The translations under genes were made by a program, and so were the position numbers. Positions 27,464 through 37,888 of a stretch of DNA of 64,000 nucleotides are shown here, piece after piece. The notes below the pieces were generated by a model. It did not search any database. It had not been told where the DNA came from and saw nothing but the letters and a program-made list of their open reading frames with translations. Positions within the stretch are counted from its first letter, which is position 1, and each line of letters opens with the position of its first letter. This DNA is from an uncultured virus (IMG/VR IMGVR_UViG_2671180842_000001) (lineage: Duplodnaviria; Heunggongvirae; Uroviricota; Caudoviricetes), in the IMG/VR virus record IMGVR_UViG_2671180842_000001. One strand, 5' to 3'.

Positions 27464-27916
27464 TTGTTAAGTTATAAAGATATACTATACTCGTTTACTA
27501 AAGAATTAGGTAATAATTTTAATGAAGATATATTTGTAGAAGGATATAACATACAAGACAATAAAAAGTCTTGTTTTTTTGTGCAGATATTGCCAGAAGT
27601 GGCACAGACAGCGACTAAAAAGACTGACATAAAAAGCTTTTTAGTTGATATAAAATATTTGCCTGACTGGAAAAAGAAAAAAACAGATTTATTTGATATT
27701 CTAAATAAATTAGAGAACATATTCACTAGAAATATAAAAGTAAAAGATAGATATTTAACTTTCAGTAAGAAAAATGGAAGTATAGAAAAAGATGAAATAG
27801 GAAACTATGTTCAATTTCTTATATCTATAAATTATCATGAACAAATTTATTTTGAAGAAGAAAAACACGAATTAATGGAAGAATTAAATATGAGATTTAA
27901 AGGAAGGAGTGATTAA
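27464..27916 (+). CDS. Tail terminator-like protein
   Basis: Position before the sheath gene. Confidence 0.65.
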   Translation: MLSYKDILYSFTKELGNNFNEDIFVEGYNIQDNKKSCFFVQILPEVAQTATKKTDIKSFLVDIKYLPDWKKKKTDLFDILNKLENIFTRNIKVKDRYLTFSKKNGSIEKDEIGNYVQFLISINYHEQIYFEEEKHELMEELNMRFKGRSD

Positions 27917-28987
27917 ATGGCTGGATTAGTTAATATAAATATAGAATTTAAAGAACTGGCTACAAGCTTTATACAACGCTCAAAAGCTGGAATAGTAGCG
28001 ATTATATTAAAAGATACAACAAAGATGTATAAAGAGCTGACAAGCGAAGACGATATACCAATTTCATTGAGTGCTGATAATAAAAAATATATTAAATATG
28101 GCTTTGTAGGGGCTACCGACAACGAGAAGGTATTAAGACCAAGCAAAGTTATTATAAGTACTTTCACAGAGGATGGAAAGGTTGAGGATATACTAGAAGA
28201 ATTAGAATCTGTAGAGTTTAATTATCTTTGTATGCCAGAAGCTATAGAAGCAGAAAAAACAAAAATTGTAACTTGGATTAAGAAGATAAGAGAGGAAGAA
28301 AGTACAGAAGCTAAAGCGGTACTAGCAAACATTAAAGCTGATAATGAAGCAATCATCAACTTTACTGAAAATGTAGTAGTTGATGGTGAAGAAATAACAG
28401 CAGAAAAATACACAACACGTGTTGCTTCTCTTATAGCATCTACTCCAAACACACAATCAATTACTTATGCACCTTTGGATGAAGTTGAGTCTATTGTAAA
28501 AATAGATAAAGCTAGTGCAGATGCTAAAGTTCAAGCAGGAGAATTAATTTTAAGAAGATTATCAGGCAAGATTAGAATTGCTAGGGGAATAAATTCTCTT
28601 ACAACTTTAACAGCAGAAAAAGGAGAAATATTTCAAAAAATCAAGCTTGTTGATACAAAAGATTTAATAAGTAAAGATATAAAAAACATTTATGTAGAAA
28701 AGTATTTGCGTAAATGTCCAAATACTTATGACAACAAATGTTTATTTATAGTTGCTGTACAATCTTATTTAACTGAATTGGCAAAACAAGAGTTAATTGA
28801 CTCTAATTTCACTGTTGAAATTGATTTAGAGAAGCAAAAGGAGTATTTAGAAGGTAAAAAAATAGATGTTAGTAAAATGAAAGAGAATGAAATAAAAGAA
28901 GCTAATACTGGCTCAAATGGATTTTACTTAATAAATCTAAAGTTGGTTGATGCAATGGAAGATATAAACATAAGAGTTCAAATGTAG
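27917..28987 (+). CDS. Contractile tail sheath (XkdK-like)
   Basis: IARGINSLTT...FQKIKLVD...NTYDNKCLF...VDAMEDI. Confidence 0.9.
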   Translation: MAGLVNINIEFKELATSFIQRSKAGIVAIILKDTTKMYKELTSEDDIPISLSADNKKYIKYGFVGATDNEKVLRPSKVIISTFTEDGKVEDILEELESVEFNYLCMPEAIEAEKTKIVTWIKKIREEESTEAKAVLANIKADNEAIINFTENVVVDGEEITAEKYTTRVASLIASTPNTQSITYAPLDEVESIVKIDKASADAKVQAGELILRRLSGKIRIARGINSLTTLTAEKGEIFQKIKLVDTKDLISKDIKNIYVEKYLRKCPNTYDNKCLFIVAVQSYLTELAKQELIDSNFTVEIDLEKQKEYLEGKKIDVSKMKENEIKEANTGSNGFYLINLKLVDAMEDINIRVQM

Positions 28988-29001
28988 AAAGAGGTGAGAA
29001 T

Positions 29002-29433
29002 ATGGCTACAAGTTTTGAAAGTAAAAATGTAATAAATGGAACATTCGGAGAATGTTGGTTAAATGAGGTACAAATAGCAGAGTGTAAAGCATTGAAAGCT
29101 GAAATAAAACTAGATAAAGCTGAAATAGTTAGACCTAGAAAAATGATAAAAGGTCAAAAAGTGATAGGTGCTAGTGCGGAAGGCTCTATAACTCTATATC
29201 ATGTAGATTCAAATATGTTAAAGTATATAACCCAAATTATAAAAGAAGGTAGAGAGCCTAAATTTACTATTATAAGTAAATTAGCTGACCCTGATGCTAA
29301 AGGAGTGGAAAGAATTTCTTTAACAGGGGTTTCTTTTGATGGGTTGTCAATTATAGATTGGGAAAATGGTAAAGAGGGAGAAATTGAAGCATCATTCACT
29401 TTTGAAGATTTTGAGATATTAGATGCAGCATAA
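29002..29433 (+). CDS. Tail tube (XkdM-like)
   Basis: VINGTFGECW...IISKLADPDA. Confidence 0.9.
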   Translation: MATSFESKNVINGTFGECWLNEVQIAECKALKAEIKLDKAEIVRPRKMIKGQKVIGASAEGSITLYHVDSNMLKYITQIIKEGREPKFTIISKLADPDAKGVERISLTGVSFDGLSIIDWENGKEGEIEASFTFEDFEILDAA

Positions 29434-29464
29434 AAAATAATTAATAATAAAAAGGAGAATTAAT

Positions 29465-30108
29465 ATGAGTGAAAATAAATTAGAAAAAGAAATAGTAGAT
29501 AAAAAAGAAGCAACAGAAGTAAAAAATATAGTAGAATTATTGCTTAAAATGGATGCAGGTAAAATTAAAATGCCAAGCATGACATATAAAATATTTTGTA
29601 AAAAAGTAGGTATAGAGTTGCCTTTTGAATGTACAGCATTAGAACCGGAAACTTTTGACGAATTACAGTCAAGTGGATTAAAAATAGAAAATGGTTCTTT
29701 AAAGGATTTGGATAATTTTAAAATGAAAACAAATATTATATTAGCTTCTTGCAAAACATTTAAAGACAAAGAATTATTGAAGCATTTTAAATCTCCAACA
29801 CCAAGAGAGCTGTTAAGAAAAATGTTATTAGCAGGGGAAATAAATGATTTATATAACAAAATATGCGAGTTAAATGGGTATAGCGAATCCAACTCTGAAA
29901 AGGATAAGAGAATAGAAGAAAAAATAAAAAACTAATAAAAACAGATGGTGAAGTTAATTTAATGTATCTAATGTTTAGATATAAAGGAATAATGCCATCT
30001 GTTTTTTATAAGTTTAAACATGGAGAAAAACGCATAGTTAAAGCTTTTATGTATCAAGAAATGGATGAAAGAATAGAAGAAATAAAGAGTTTTGGAAAGG
30101 GGCTGTAG
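29465..30108 (+). CDS. Tail assembly chaperone (XkdN-like, 29465-29935) with a probable -1 frameshift extension to 30108
   Basis: Slippery A-AAA-AAC (29926-29932) just before the stop; the -1 frame stays open to TAG 30108, next to the tape measure gene. Confidence 0.75.
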
Positions 30109-30111
30109 AGT

Positions 30112-32946
30112 ATGTCAGCAGGTAGTAGAGCTTTAGAAGCTGTAATAAGAATGCGAGATGAAGCTAGTAGAACTTTAAGACAAGTTAGAGATGCTACTAG
30201 AGCTCTTCAAAACCAAACAAATTCTACATCGCAAGCACAAGAAAGATTACAAGAACAATTTAGAAAGGTCAGTAATGCTGCTAAAATAGCAGGAGCAGGG
30301 ATTGTGACTGGGATAGGTGCAGGACTTGTTTCTGCATCTAAGGCAGGGGCAGAATTTGAAACTGCAATGACAAAAACAAGCACTATGTTTGGAGACACTA
30401 AAGTAGATACAGAAAATTTGAATAATAAAGTATTAGAGTTATCCAAGAATACAGGAATTGCAGCATCTTCTATAGGAGAAAGTTTATACAACGCTCTATC
30501 TTCGGGTATTCCTGTCACAAAAGATATGGGGTCAGCAATGGACTTTATGACTAAAAATGCTAAATTGTCTAAAGCAGGATTTACAGATATAGACACAGCT
30601 TTAACAGCAACTGCAAAAGTGTTAAATGCCTATAAAATGGATGTATCAGAAACAGATAGAGTACACAAAGTTATGATGCAGACACAAAATAAAGGTATCA
30701 CTACAGTTGGAGAATTAGGAGCAACATTAGCACAAGTAACCCCAACTGCATCTGCAATGAGTTTCAGTTTTGAACAGGTAGGAGCATCACTTGCTAACAT
30801 GACAGCACAAGGGACACCTACAGCACAAGCCACGACACAATTAAATAGTTTGCTTGCTGAACTTGGAAAGACTGGCACAGTAGCAAATAAATCTTTATTA
30901 AGTGCTACAAAAGGAACTAAATATGCAGGGAAATCTTTTAAAGAACTAATGCAAGCAGGAGTACCACTTAATGAAATTTTAAACCTCATGGATGGAAGTG
31001 CTAAAAAAAATAAAAAAAGTTTAATAGATATGTTTGGTAGTATTGAAGCAGGGAAAGCTGCACTTGCACTTTCTGGTCAAAATTCAGAGCAATATACTAA
31101 TAATTTAAAAGCTATGTCTACACAAGCTGATGTTGTTTCAAGTGCATATGCAAAGATGTCTAATACATTAGAATCTAAAGTGGGGATACTAAAAGAAAGT
31201 TTTAAAAATCTGGGTATAGAGATATATAGTAAACTAAAAGAACCTCTTAAAAATGCAGCTGAAACAGGGATACAATGTTTAAGTGACTTAGATAAACAGT
31301 TTTCAAGTGGGTCACTTAAAGCAGGTATTTCGCAAATTGCACAATCTTTTGGAGATTTAACATCTACAATTATAAAAGTTGCAACAAAGGCATTGCCAAC
31401 TATGATTAAGAGTCTTAGTTGGGTTCTGAAAAATGGACCTACTATTGCAAGTGTACTTGTGAGCATTAAAGTTGCTTCTATTATGACTAGTGCAGTTAAA
31501 AGTATTGTTGCACTAAAAAAAGCTTGGATTGCAGCCAAATTGGCAGTACGGGTATATATGGTTGGTATGGCAGAAGCTGGTACAGTGTTAAGTGGATTTC
31601 AGATTTTGGTAGGAGTTTTAACTAAAAATATGACTATAGCTCAAGCTAGGACAATGCTATTAGCAAAAGCAAGTGCATTATTAGGAGGTCCTATTGGTAT
31701 TGCTATAGTAGCTATAACTGCTTTGGTAGCAGGGCTTGTAGTTTTATGGAACACAAATAAAGGTTTCAGAGATTTTGTTATAAATGCTTGGAATAATATA
31801 AAAGAAACAACAACAAAGGTTTGGGGTGGCATATGTAATTTTTTTACACAAACTATTCCACAAGCTTGGAATGATTTATGTACCAGTTTTTCAAATGCAG
31901 TGCAATGGTTTGGAGAAATGTGGAATAATATAAAACAAGCATTTATAAATGGCTGGAATGCTATTGTAGCTTTCTTTACTCAAACAATTCCAACATGGAT
32001 AAATAATATTGGAGTGTGGTTTGGACAATTACCTGCAAAAATTGGTTATGGGCTAGGTTTTGCATTAGGTAAAATAATATCTTGGGGCATTAGTGTATGG
32101 ACCTACTTAGTTACAAATGTTCCGATTTGGATAAACAATGTTGTTACATTTTTTGCGCAGCTTCCTAATAAAATTTGGGTTTGGTTAGTAAGTACAGTTC
32201 AAAAAATAGGTCAATGGGGTATCGCAATGTTAACTTCTGCTCAAATATACACTTCAATGATTATAAATAATATAGTAACATTCTTTACTACTTTACCTGG
32301 AAGGATTTGGACTTGGCTTACAAATACAGTTCAAAAAGTTGTTACTTGGGGAAGCCAAATGGCAACAAAGGGTAAAGAAGGAGCTAAAAAATTAATAAAT
32401 ACAGTAGTGGATACATTAAAATCTTTACCTAAAAAGGTGATGGATATAGGAAAAAACATTGTCAAAGGACTCTGGAATGGTATCACAGGAGCTGGTGGCT
32501 GGTTAAAAGGGAAAGTAAATGACTTTGCAAAAGGCGTAATAGATGGATTTAAAAATGGATTTGGAGTACATTCCCCTTCTTGGAAATTAAGAGATTTAGT
32601 AGGTAGATTCCTTCCTTTAGGAATTTGGGAAGGTATAAAAGTAGAATTGCCAAGTTTGAAGAGTAATATTGACAATGTAGTTAGTAATTTAACTCAAAGA
32701 ATGTACAAACCACAAGAAATCGAAGAAAGCGACTATACAAGAAAGTACAAAGAAGCTATAGCACAAAGAACTGAACAAAATACTATTAATAAAACTGATA
32801 GTAAAACTACAAATAATAAAGAAGATAATAATATTACTATAAACATAAATTTAGGCGGTGTTACAGTTAAAGAAGAAGCTGACATAAATAAATTAACAAA
32901 AATGTTAGTAAGAGAAATAAAATTAGGAATAGCTGGTGGCGTTTAG
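30112..32946 (+). CDS. Tail tape measure protein
   Basis: 944 aa, TP901-type core, Trp-spaced repeats, FGVHSPS. Confidence 0.92.
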   Translation: MSAGSRALEAVIRMRDEASRTLRQVRDATRALQNQTNSTSQAQERLQEQFRKVSNAAKIAGAGIVTGIGAGLVSASKAGAEFETAMTKTSTMFGDTKVDTENLNNKVLELSKNTGIAASSIGESLYNALSSGIPVTKDMGSAMDFMTKNAKLSKAGFTDIDTALTATAKVLNAYKMDVSETDRVHKVMMQTQNKGITTVGELGATLAQVTPTASAMSFSFEQVGASLANMTAQGTPTAQATTQLNSLLAELGKTGTVANKSLLSATKGTKYAGKSFKELMQAGVPLNEILNLMDGSAKKNKKSLIDMFGSIEAGKAALALSGQNSEQYTNNLKAMSTQADVVSSAYAKMSNTLESKVGILKESFKNLGIEIYSKLKEPLKNAAETGIQCLSDLDKQFSSGSLKAGISQIAQSFGDLTSTIIKVATKALPTMIKSLSWVLKNGPTIASVLVSIKVASIMTSAVKSIVALKKAWIAAKLAVRVYMVGMAEAGTVLSGFQILVGVLTKNMTIAQARTMLLAKASALLGGPIGIAIVAITALVAGLVVLWNTNKGFRDFVINAWNNIKETTTKVWGGICNFFTQTIPQAWNDLCTSFSNAVQWFGEMWNNIKQAFINGWNAIVAFFTQTIPTWINNIGVWFGQLPAKIGYGLGFALGKIISWGISVWTYLVTNVPIWINNVVTFFAQLPNKIWVWLVSTVQKIGQWGIAMLTSAQIYTSMIINNIVTFFTTLPGRIWTWLTNTVQKVVTWGSQMATKGKEGAKKLINTVVDTLKSLPKKVMDIGKNIVKGLWNGITGAGGWLKGKVNDFAKGVIDGFKNGFGVHSPSWKLRDLVGRFLPLGIWEGIKVELPSLKSNIDNVVSNLTQRMYKPQEIEESDYTRKYKEAIAQRTEQNTINKTDSKTTNNKEDNNITININLGGVTVKEEADINKLTKMLVREIKLGIAGGV

Positions 32947-33016
32947 AAACATGTACCCCTAAATTGCAGCAATATATGCTATAATCGTAGTATATATTAG
33001 TTTTAGGGGGATAAAT

Positions 33017-33771
33017 ATGGGATTATTTAGTAGAAAAGAAAAAATAGTAAAAGAACCATGTATAATTTGTGGAGCGGATACAGATGCTTTAAAAGTTTTA
33101 GATGGGTACTTGTGCAAAAACTGTCTCGAAAAATGTAGAGTTGAGATAGTTGCATCAGGTAAGCCAATAAAAAAAATTGACTAAAAATGATATTTTAGAA
33201 TGTATGGAAAATAGTAAAGATGAAGAAGGAAACTTCAGTAATAGCGAAATGGTAATGTTAGAATATATAGGTGGTCATCCACTTTTAAATAAAGAAGAGT
33301 TTCTATTTGTTGTAGTTAAAGATAATAAAATATTATTTAAAAAATCTGGAAAAAAATCAAATGATAAAATGATTGATGTTTTTGAAGTTTCTTATTCAGA
33401 AATAAAAAGTGTTTCTATTGAAAAAGAAGAGGAAGTTATTAGAAGATATACAGCAACTAGAATAGCTTTGTTTGGGCCATTTGCTCTTGCTATGAAAAAA
33501 AAGACAGTAGATAAAAAGGAATACTTAATAGTAGAATGTAAAGATTTTATATTATCTTTTAAGAAAAATGACAATGTATGTGCAACTATTTATAAAAAAA
33601 TTAGTTGAATATAGAAAAAACAATAAAGTTGAAGATGCTAATAATATAGCTGATAAAAATAATGTTATTGACCCACTAGAGAAAATAAAAACATTAAAAG
33701 AGTTATTAGACATGGGAGCAATAACAGAAGAAGAATTTAATGCTAAGAAAAAAGAATTATTAAACTTATAA
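33017..33771 (+). CDS. Moron: zinc-ribbon/SHOCT domain protein (two frameshifts at A runs)
   Basis: MGLFSRKEK..CIIC..CKNC start; C-terminal LKELLDMGAITEEEFNAKKKELL; own TGnTATAAT promoter. Confidence 0.7.
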
Positions 33772-33865
33772 CATTAGAATAATAATCAAATAAAACATAT
33801 AAAGCACTTGGATATTACATTGTTTCAAGTGCTTTATATGTTAAAAATGATATAATATAAGTACA

Positions 33866-34025
33866 GAATTATATTAACAATGTGGTATGTAAAGAACAGT
33901 GTTGTAACAGCAGTTAAAATTTTCATTTTTATGTTTTATATTAACCAAGTGGTATATAAATACATTGTAGGTGGGTGATGAAACACCACACACATTGTTT
34001 TATATTAACTATGTGGGCTCAAAAC
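33866..34025 (+). CRISPR. Orphan CRISPR mini-array (3 repeats of 29 bp, 2 spacers), C. difficile type I-B repeat family
   Basis: Repeats 33866-33894, 33933-33961 and 33997-34025 (degenerate), consensus GTTTTATATTAAC(T/C)A(A/T)GTGGTAT(G/A)TAAA; spacers 38 and 35 nt. Confidence 0.88.
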
Positions 34026-34039
34026 TAAATAAACAAAGG

Positions 34040-34070
34040 AAGCACTTACTTTTTGGTAGGTGCTTTTTAT
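34040..34070 (+). terminator. Rho-independent terminator after the CRISPR array
   Basis: AAGCACTTAC...GTAGGTGCTT followed by a T tract. Confidence 0.7.
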
Positions 34071-34231
34071 TGAAAAAATAGAAAATAAAATAAAAAGTAC
34101 GATATAGGAAAAATATGTAAGAATTATATGTTATAATAATTGTAGCAAGAAGATGTAATCTACAATTTATAGAGTGGAGTTCATGTATCAAAAAATTATC
34201 CTCCCAACGCTAAGAAGGGAGGTGAATATAC

Positions 34232-34381
34232 GTGGATAATTTTTTACAAGGTGTACTAGCAAGTTTAGTTGCCAGTTTAATAGTTTACTTAACTAGTAAA
34301 TTATTTAAAAAAGTAAAAAGCCACTCCGGCCAGAGTGACTTTAGTTTTGAACTAAAGATTAAGTTCAAAAAGAAACACTAA
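34232..34381 (+). CDS. Type I toxin, small hydrophobic peptide (49 aa)
   Basis: GGGAGGTG RBS; MDNFLQGVLASLVASLIVYLTSKLFKKVKSHSGQSDFSFELKIKFKKKH, the form of C. difficile prophage type I toxins. Confidence 0.85.
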   Translation: MDNFLQGVLASLVASLIVYLTSKLFKKVKSHSGQSDFSFELKIKFKKKH

Positions 34382-34430
34382 TTTACGAACTCCACTCTAG
34401 TCTTAAATAGATTGTAGTTCTTCTTGCTTT
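34314..34430 (-). ncRNA. Putative antisense antitoxin RNA
   Basis: Minus-strand TTGCAT-17-(TG)TATAAT at ~34433-34461; minus-strand hairpin plus T tract at ~34315-34343. Confidence 0.65.
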
Positions 34431-34513
34431 TATTATACCACAAATTAGAAAAAATATGCAAAGTACTTGTTTTAATAGCAAGTACTTTTTTTGTGTGAAA
34501 AGAAGGTGATTGA

Positions 34514-34705
34514 ATGAATAAAGATACAGAATTTATTGCTTGTTCAATGAGGTTAAAAATTTTGATACAAGCAAAAGAAAATTTAATTGAAGATATACAT
34601 GAGTATTCAAACCACGAAGAAGATATTTCTAGGTACGAAAATTTGGATAAAGCTTTTGAAAAAACTATAATTGATGAAGCTAAGTTTTTAATATCTTTAG
34701 AATAG
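34514..34705 (+). CDS. Hypothetical protein
   Basis: AGGTGA RBS. Confidence 0.55.
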   Translation: MNKDTEFIACSMRLKILIQAKENLIEDIHEYSNHEEDISRYENLDKAFEKTIIDEAKFLISLE

Positions 34706-34722
34706 ATATAGAGGTGATGTAG

Positions 34723-35358
34723 TTGGAAATGTGGATTAGACAAGCAAATGACACCTTCAGATTCCCTGTTTTTCCTTCAAGTTTTGAGATAAACAGTAAA
34801 GCAATAGTAAATACCTCAAATGTATTAAAATTAGGGGAAATTGCAGTGTTTGGAGGTGCAGGCTTAAGAACTACAGAAATATCTAGTTTCTTCCCCAGAA
34901 ATGAAGCCAGTTACTGTGATTATACAGGCTTCCCATCACCATATGACTGTGTAAATAAAATTCAAAGATGGATGAATGAGGGTTTTATATTAAGATTTAC
35001 AATTACAGAAACAAATATAAATTTTGAATGTATTATAACAGATTTTCAATATGAAGAAAAAGATTGCACAGGGGATGTGTATTTTACATTAAGTCTAAAA
35101 GAATATAGAAGGATACAAATATCTAAAGTAAGCATTAATAATGATGAAAAGTTATCTTCTGTAAAAGATGTGCCACTGACAAAAGGATTTGATACTAAGC
35201 AAAAAACACATAAGGTAGGTAAAGGTGACAGCCTTTGGAGTTTGGCAAAAAAATATTATGGTAATGGGGATTTGTGGAAGAAGATTTATGATGCAAATAA
35301 AAAATTAATTAAAAATCCAGATATTATAAAAGATGGTTGGGTATTGGTAATTCCATAG
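34723..35358 (+). CDS. XkdP-like LysM tail protein
   Basis: GDVYFTLSLKEYR; HKVGKGDSLWSLAKKYYG LysM. Confidence 0.9.
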   Translation: MEMWIRQANDTFRFPVFPSSFEINSKAIVNTSNVLKLGEIAVFGGAGLRTTEISSFFPRNEASYCDYTGFPSPYDCVNKIQRWMNEGFILRFTITETNINFECIITDFQYEEKDCTGDVYFTLSLKEYRRIQISKVSINNDEKLSSVKDVPLTKGFDTKQKTHKVGKGDSLWSLAKKYYGNGDLWKKIYDANKKLIKNPDIIKDGWVLVIP

Positions 35359-35372
35359 GCTGGAGGTGATTT

Positions 35373-37118
35373 ATAATTAACAATATAAAGTTAAAAGTAC
35401 ACATAAAAAATGGCAATATCTATGATATAACTGATATAGTAGAAAAAGTTACATGGTCAGGTGATTATAAGTCACCTTCCAGAACATTAGAATTTTCTAT
35501 AGTACAATCCTCTTTTGATGTGAATTTTCAACAGATAGATATACCTATAGCTAGTACAGTTTGTTTTTATGTGGATGATAAAGAACTCTATAGAGGAATG
35601 ATAATTAATAGGTCTAAAGACTCTAGTAATAATAGTATTAGTTTTGTATCTAAAGATATGGGATTCTTGTTAACGCAGAGTGAAGTGTCATATAACTTTA
35701 AAGATAAATTGGTTGAAGATATTGCAAAACAGGTATTTAATGACAATAAACTTGCAATTGGAAACATACCTAAGACTAATGTTAAATATACTAAGATGTT
35801 TATTGGTGTAACTGGTTATGACACTATAATGAGTGCATATACAGAAGCAAGTAAAACTACAAAGAAAAAGTATATGATAGAAGCCAATTTAGACAAGTTT
35901 AATGTTATTGAAAAAGGAATTGTTACACTAAATGTCATGTTTGAAGAAGGTTCTAATCTTATAAATACAAGCTTTTCAGAGAGCATGGAGAATGTAAAAA
36001 ACAAGGTCTTAGTAGTAGACCAGTACGGCAACAAGATAAGTGAAAAGGTCAATGATGAGATTTTTAAGGACGTTGGAATAATAATGCAAAAGGTTATACA
36101 GCAACAAGAAAATCAAACAATAGATATAGATAGCGAGTTTAAGGGAATAGAGCAGACTTGCAATCTGAAAGGATATGGTGACGTAAGTTGCATAACTGGT
36201 AGAGGTGTAAAAGTTAAGGACAGCTATACAGGTCTTACAGGGCTATTTTATATAGACACAGATAAACATAATTGGGACAGTAATGGAAATTATGAAATAG
36301 ACTTAGATTTAAATTTTCAAAATATTATGGATGAAAAGACAGCAGGACAAGACGAGCAAAAAGAAGAAAGTTCTGATTTGAATGGAGAAGGTACGCTAAA
36401 TGGAAGAGAAGTAAAAGCAGAATTTACAGCTTATTATCCGTCTAATAACCCTATGGAGGGTGGTTATTATCAAGCCATGGATGGTAAAAGACTTGTACCT
36501 TCAAACAATACTTGTGCTGCACCTAGTAAACTTAAATTTAAAACAAAAATTCAAGCAAAATGTCCTGGAACTAAAATTGATGGTAAAACTTATACAGTAA
36601 CAGACAGAGGAGGAGCGATTGGCTTAAAAAATGGAGTGTATAGAATAGATATATTAATGTCTAGTGAAAAAGAATGTAATGATTTTGGAAGAAGAAAAGG
36701 AACAATAATAATTGGAGATGGCACAGGCTATACAAATACAACAGGAAAAGCTAAAGAATTGATAAGTATAGCAAAAAGCAAGCTAGGCTGTAAGTATGTT
36801 TGGGGAGCTACTGGTCCAAATACTTTTGATTGTAGTGGATTCACTCAATGGTGTTACAAAAAGATAGGTATAAACATTCCTAGAGTATCAAGAGGCCAAG
36901 GAAAAGCAGGTAAAGCAGTAAGTAAAGGAAGTTTACAACCAGGAGATTTAGTTTTCTTTTCTAGCAAAGGAGCAAATGGAACAATAGACCATGTTGGTAT
37001 GTTTATTGGAAATGGAGAATTTATTCATTCTCCGCATACTGGTGATGTTGTAAAAATAAGTAAGTTAAGTGGTAGCTATTACACTAAAAATTATGTAACA
37101 GCTAGAAGATATTTATAA
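35373..37118 (+). CDS. XkdQ-like baseplate hub with 3D and NlpC/P60 hydrolase domains (ORF track start 35520; frame open from ATA 35373)
   Basis: VTWSGD...SRTLEF N-terminus, VTDRGGAI, YVWGATGPNTFDCSG, HVGMFIG. Confidence 0.88.
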   Translation: MINNIKLKVHIKNGNIYDITDIVEKVTWSGDYKSPSRTLEFSIVQSSFDVNFQQIDIPIASTVCFYVDDKELYRGMIINRSKDSSNNSISFVSKDMGFLLTQSEVSYNFKDKLVEDIAKQVFNDNKLAIGNIPKTNVKYTKMFIGVTGYDTIMSAYTEASKTTKKKYMIEANLDKFNVIEKGIVTLNVMFEEGSNLINTSFSESMENVKNKVLVVDQYGNKISEKVNDEIFKDVGIIMQKVIQQQENQTIDIDSEFKGIEQTCNLKGYGDVSCITGRGVKVKDSYTGLTGLFYIDTDKHNWDSNGNYEIDLDLNFQNIMDEKTAGQDEQKEESSDLNGEGTLNGREVKAEFTAYYPSNNPMEGGYYQAMDGKRLVPSNNTCAAPSKLKFKTKIQAKCPGTKIDGKTYTVTDRGGAIGLKNGVYRIDILMSSEKECNDFGRRKGTIIIGDGTGYTNTTGKAKELISIAKSKLGCKYVWGATGPNTFDCSGFTQWCYKKIGINIPRVSRGQGKAGKAVSKGSLQPGDLVFFSSKGANGTIDHVGMFIGNGEFIHSPHTGDVVKISKLSGSYYTKNYVTARRYL

Positions 37119-37133
37119 AAAGGTGGTGATATA

Positions 37134-37460
37134 GTGTCTGATCCAATAAATGAATTTATAGGAATAATAAGAGAGGAAGGAAAACATTACAATGAACCTT
37201 CTTTTTTTGTTGGAAAAATTAAAAGCAAATTACCAGATTTAAAAATAGAGATAAATAACATCGTATTAGAAAAAGAAGATATTTTGATAGATAGTTGGAT
37301 GCTTGATAGACAGATAGAATCATTTGATACAGAAACAAATCAAGAACATCAACATGAAGTAAAAAATCCATTTATAGATACTTTTGAATCTGGAGACATA
37401 GTAATAATGTTCAAAATAGGTGATAAATTTGCTGTTGTAAGTAAGTTGGTGAGTTTATAA
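37134..37460 (+). CDS. XkdR-like baseplate protein
   Basis: Synteny. Confidence 0.75.
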   Translation: MSDPINEFIGIIREEGKHYNEPSFFVGKIKSKLPDLKIEINNIVLEKEDILIDSWMLDRQIESFDTETNQEHQHEVKNPFIDTFESGDIVIMFKIGDKFAVVSKLVSL

Positions 37461-37888
37461 TGAGTACAATATTTCCTTTTATAGGTGTCCCAGAAGATTA
37501 TATCTTGCCTAAAACGGAAGAATTGCCAATCTTTCGTGAAGTGGCCTGGGATTTTGAAAAAGATGAACCTATTTTAGAAAATGGAGATTTTAAGATTATT
37601 GAAGGCAATGAAGCTATCAAAATTTGGGTGTATAAATGCATCAAAACAAATAGATATGAGCATGAAATTTATAGCTGGGGCTATGGAACTGAATTATCTG
37701 AACTTATTGGACAGAAATATAGTAAAGGACTTACAGAAAGTGAAGCTAGTAGATATATAAAAGAGGCTTTATTAGTTAATCAATATATATTAGATGTCAA
37801 TATCAAGGATACAAAATTTACAGATGATTTATTAAGTGTAAATATAGAAATTTCGACGATTTATGGGGAGGTAGAAGTTAATGTATAG
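37460..37888 (+). CDS. XkdS-like baseplate protein
   Basis: EVAWDF...TNRYEHEIYSWGYGTEL. Confidence 0.85.
   Translation: MSTIFPFIGVPEDYILPKTEELPIFREVAWDFEKDEPILENGDFKIIEGNEAIKIWVYKCIKTNRYEHEIYSWGYGTELSELIGQKYSKGLTESEASRYIKEALLVNQYILDVNIKDTKFTDDLLSVNIEISTIYGEVEVNV

Noticed and set aside
30207..32675. Several minus-strand ORFs within the tape measure gene, and similar ones opposite other genes
   Set aside because: Antisense shadows of well-supported genes, with no RBS or motifs.
33895..33996. Self-targeting by the CRISPR spacers
   Set aside because: By eye, only a short partial resemblance of spacer 1 to ~25701-25720; no convincing protospacer (not computed).
32950..34500. c-di-GMP riboswitch or cas genes near the array
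   Set aside because: No recognisable riboswitch motif and no Cas-like ORF in the window.
34378..34743. 121-aa minus-strand ORF
   Set aside because: Overlaps a plus-strand gene and the antitoxin promoter; no RBS or motif.
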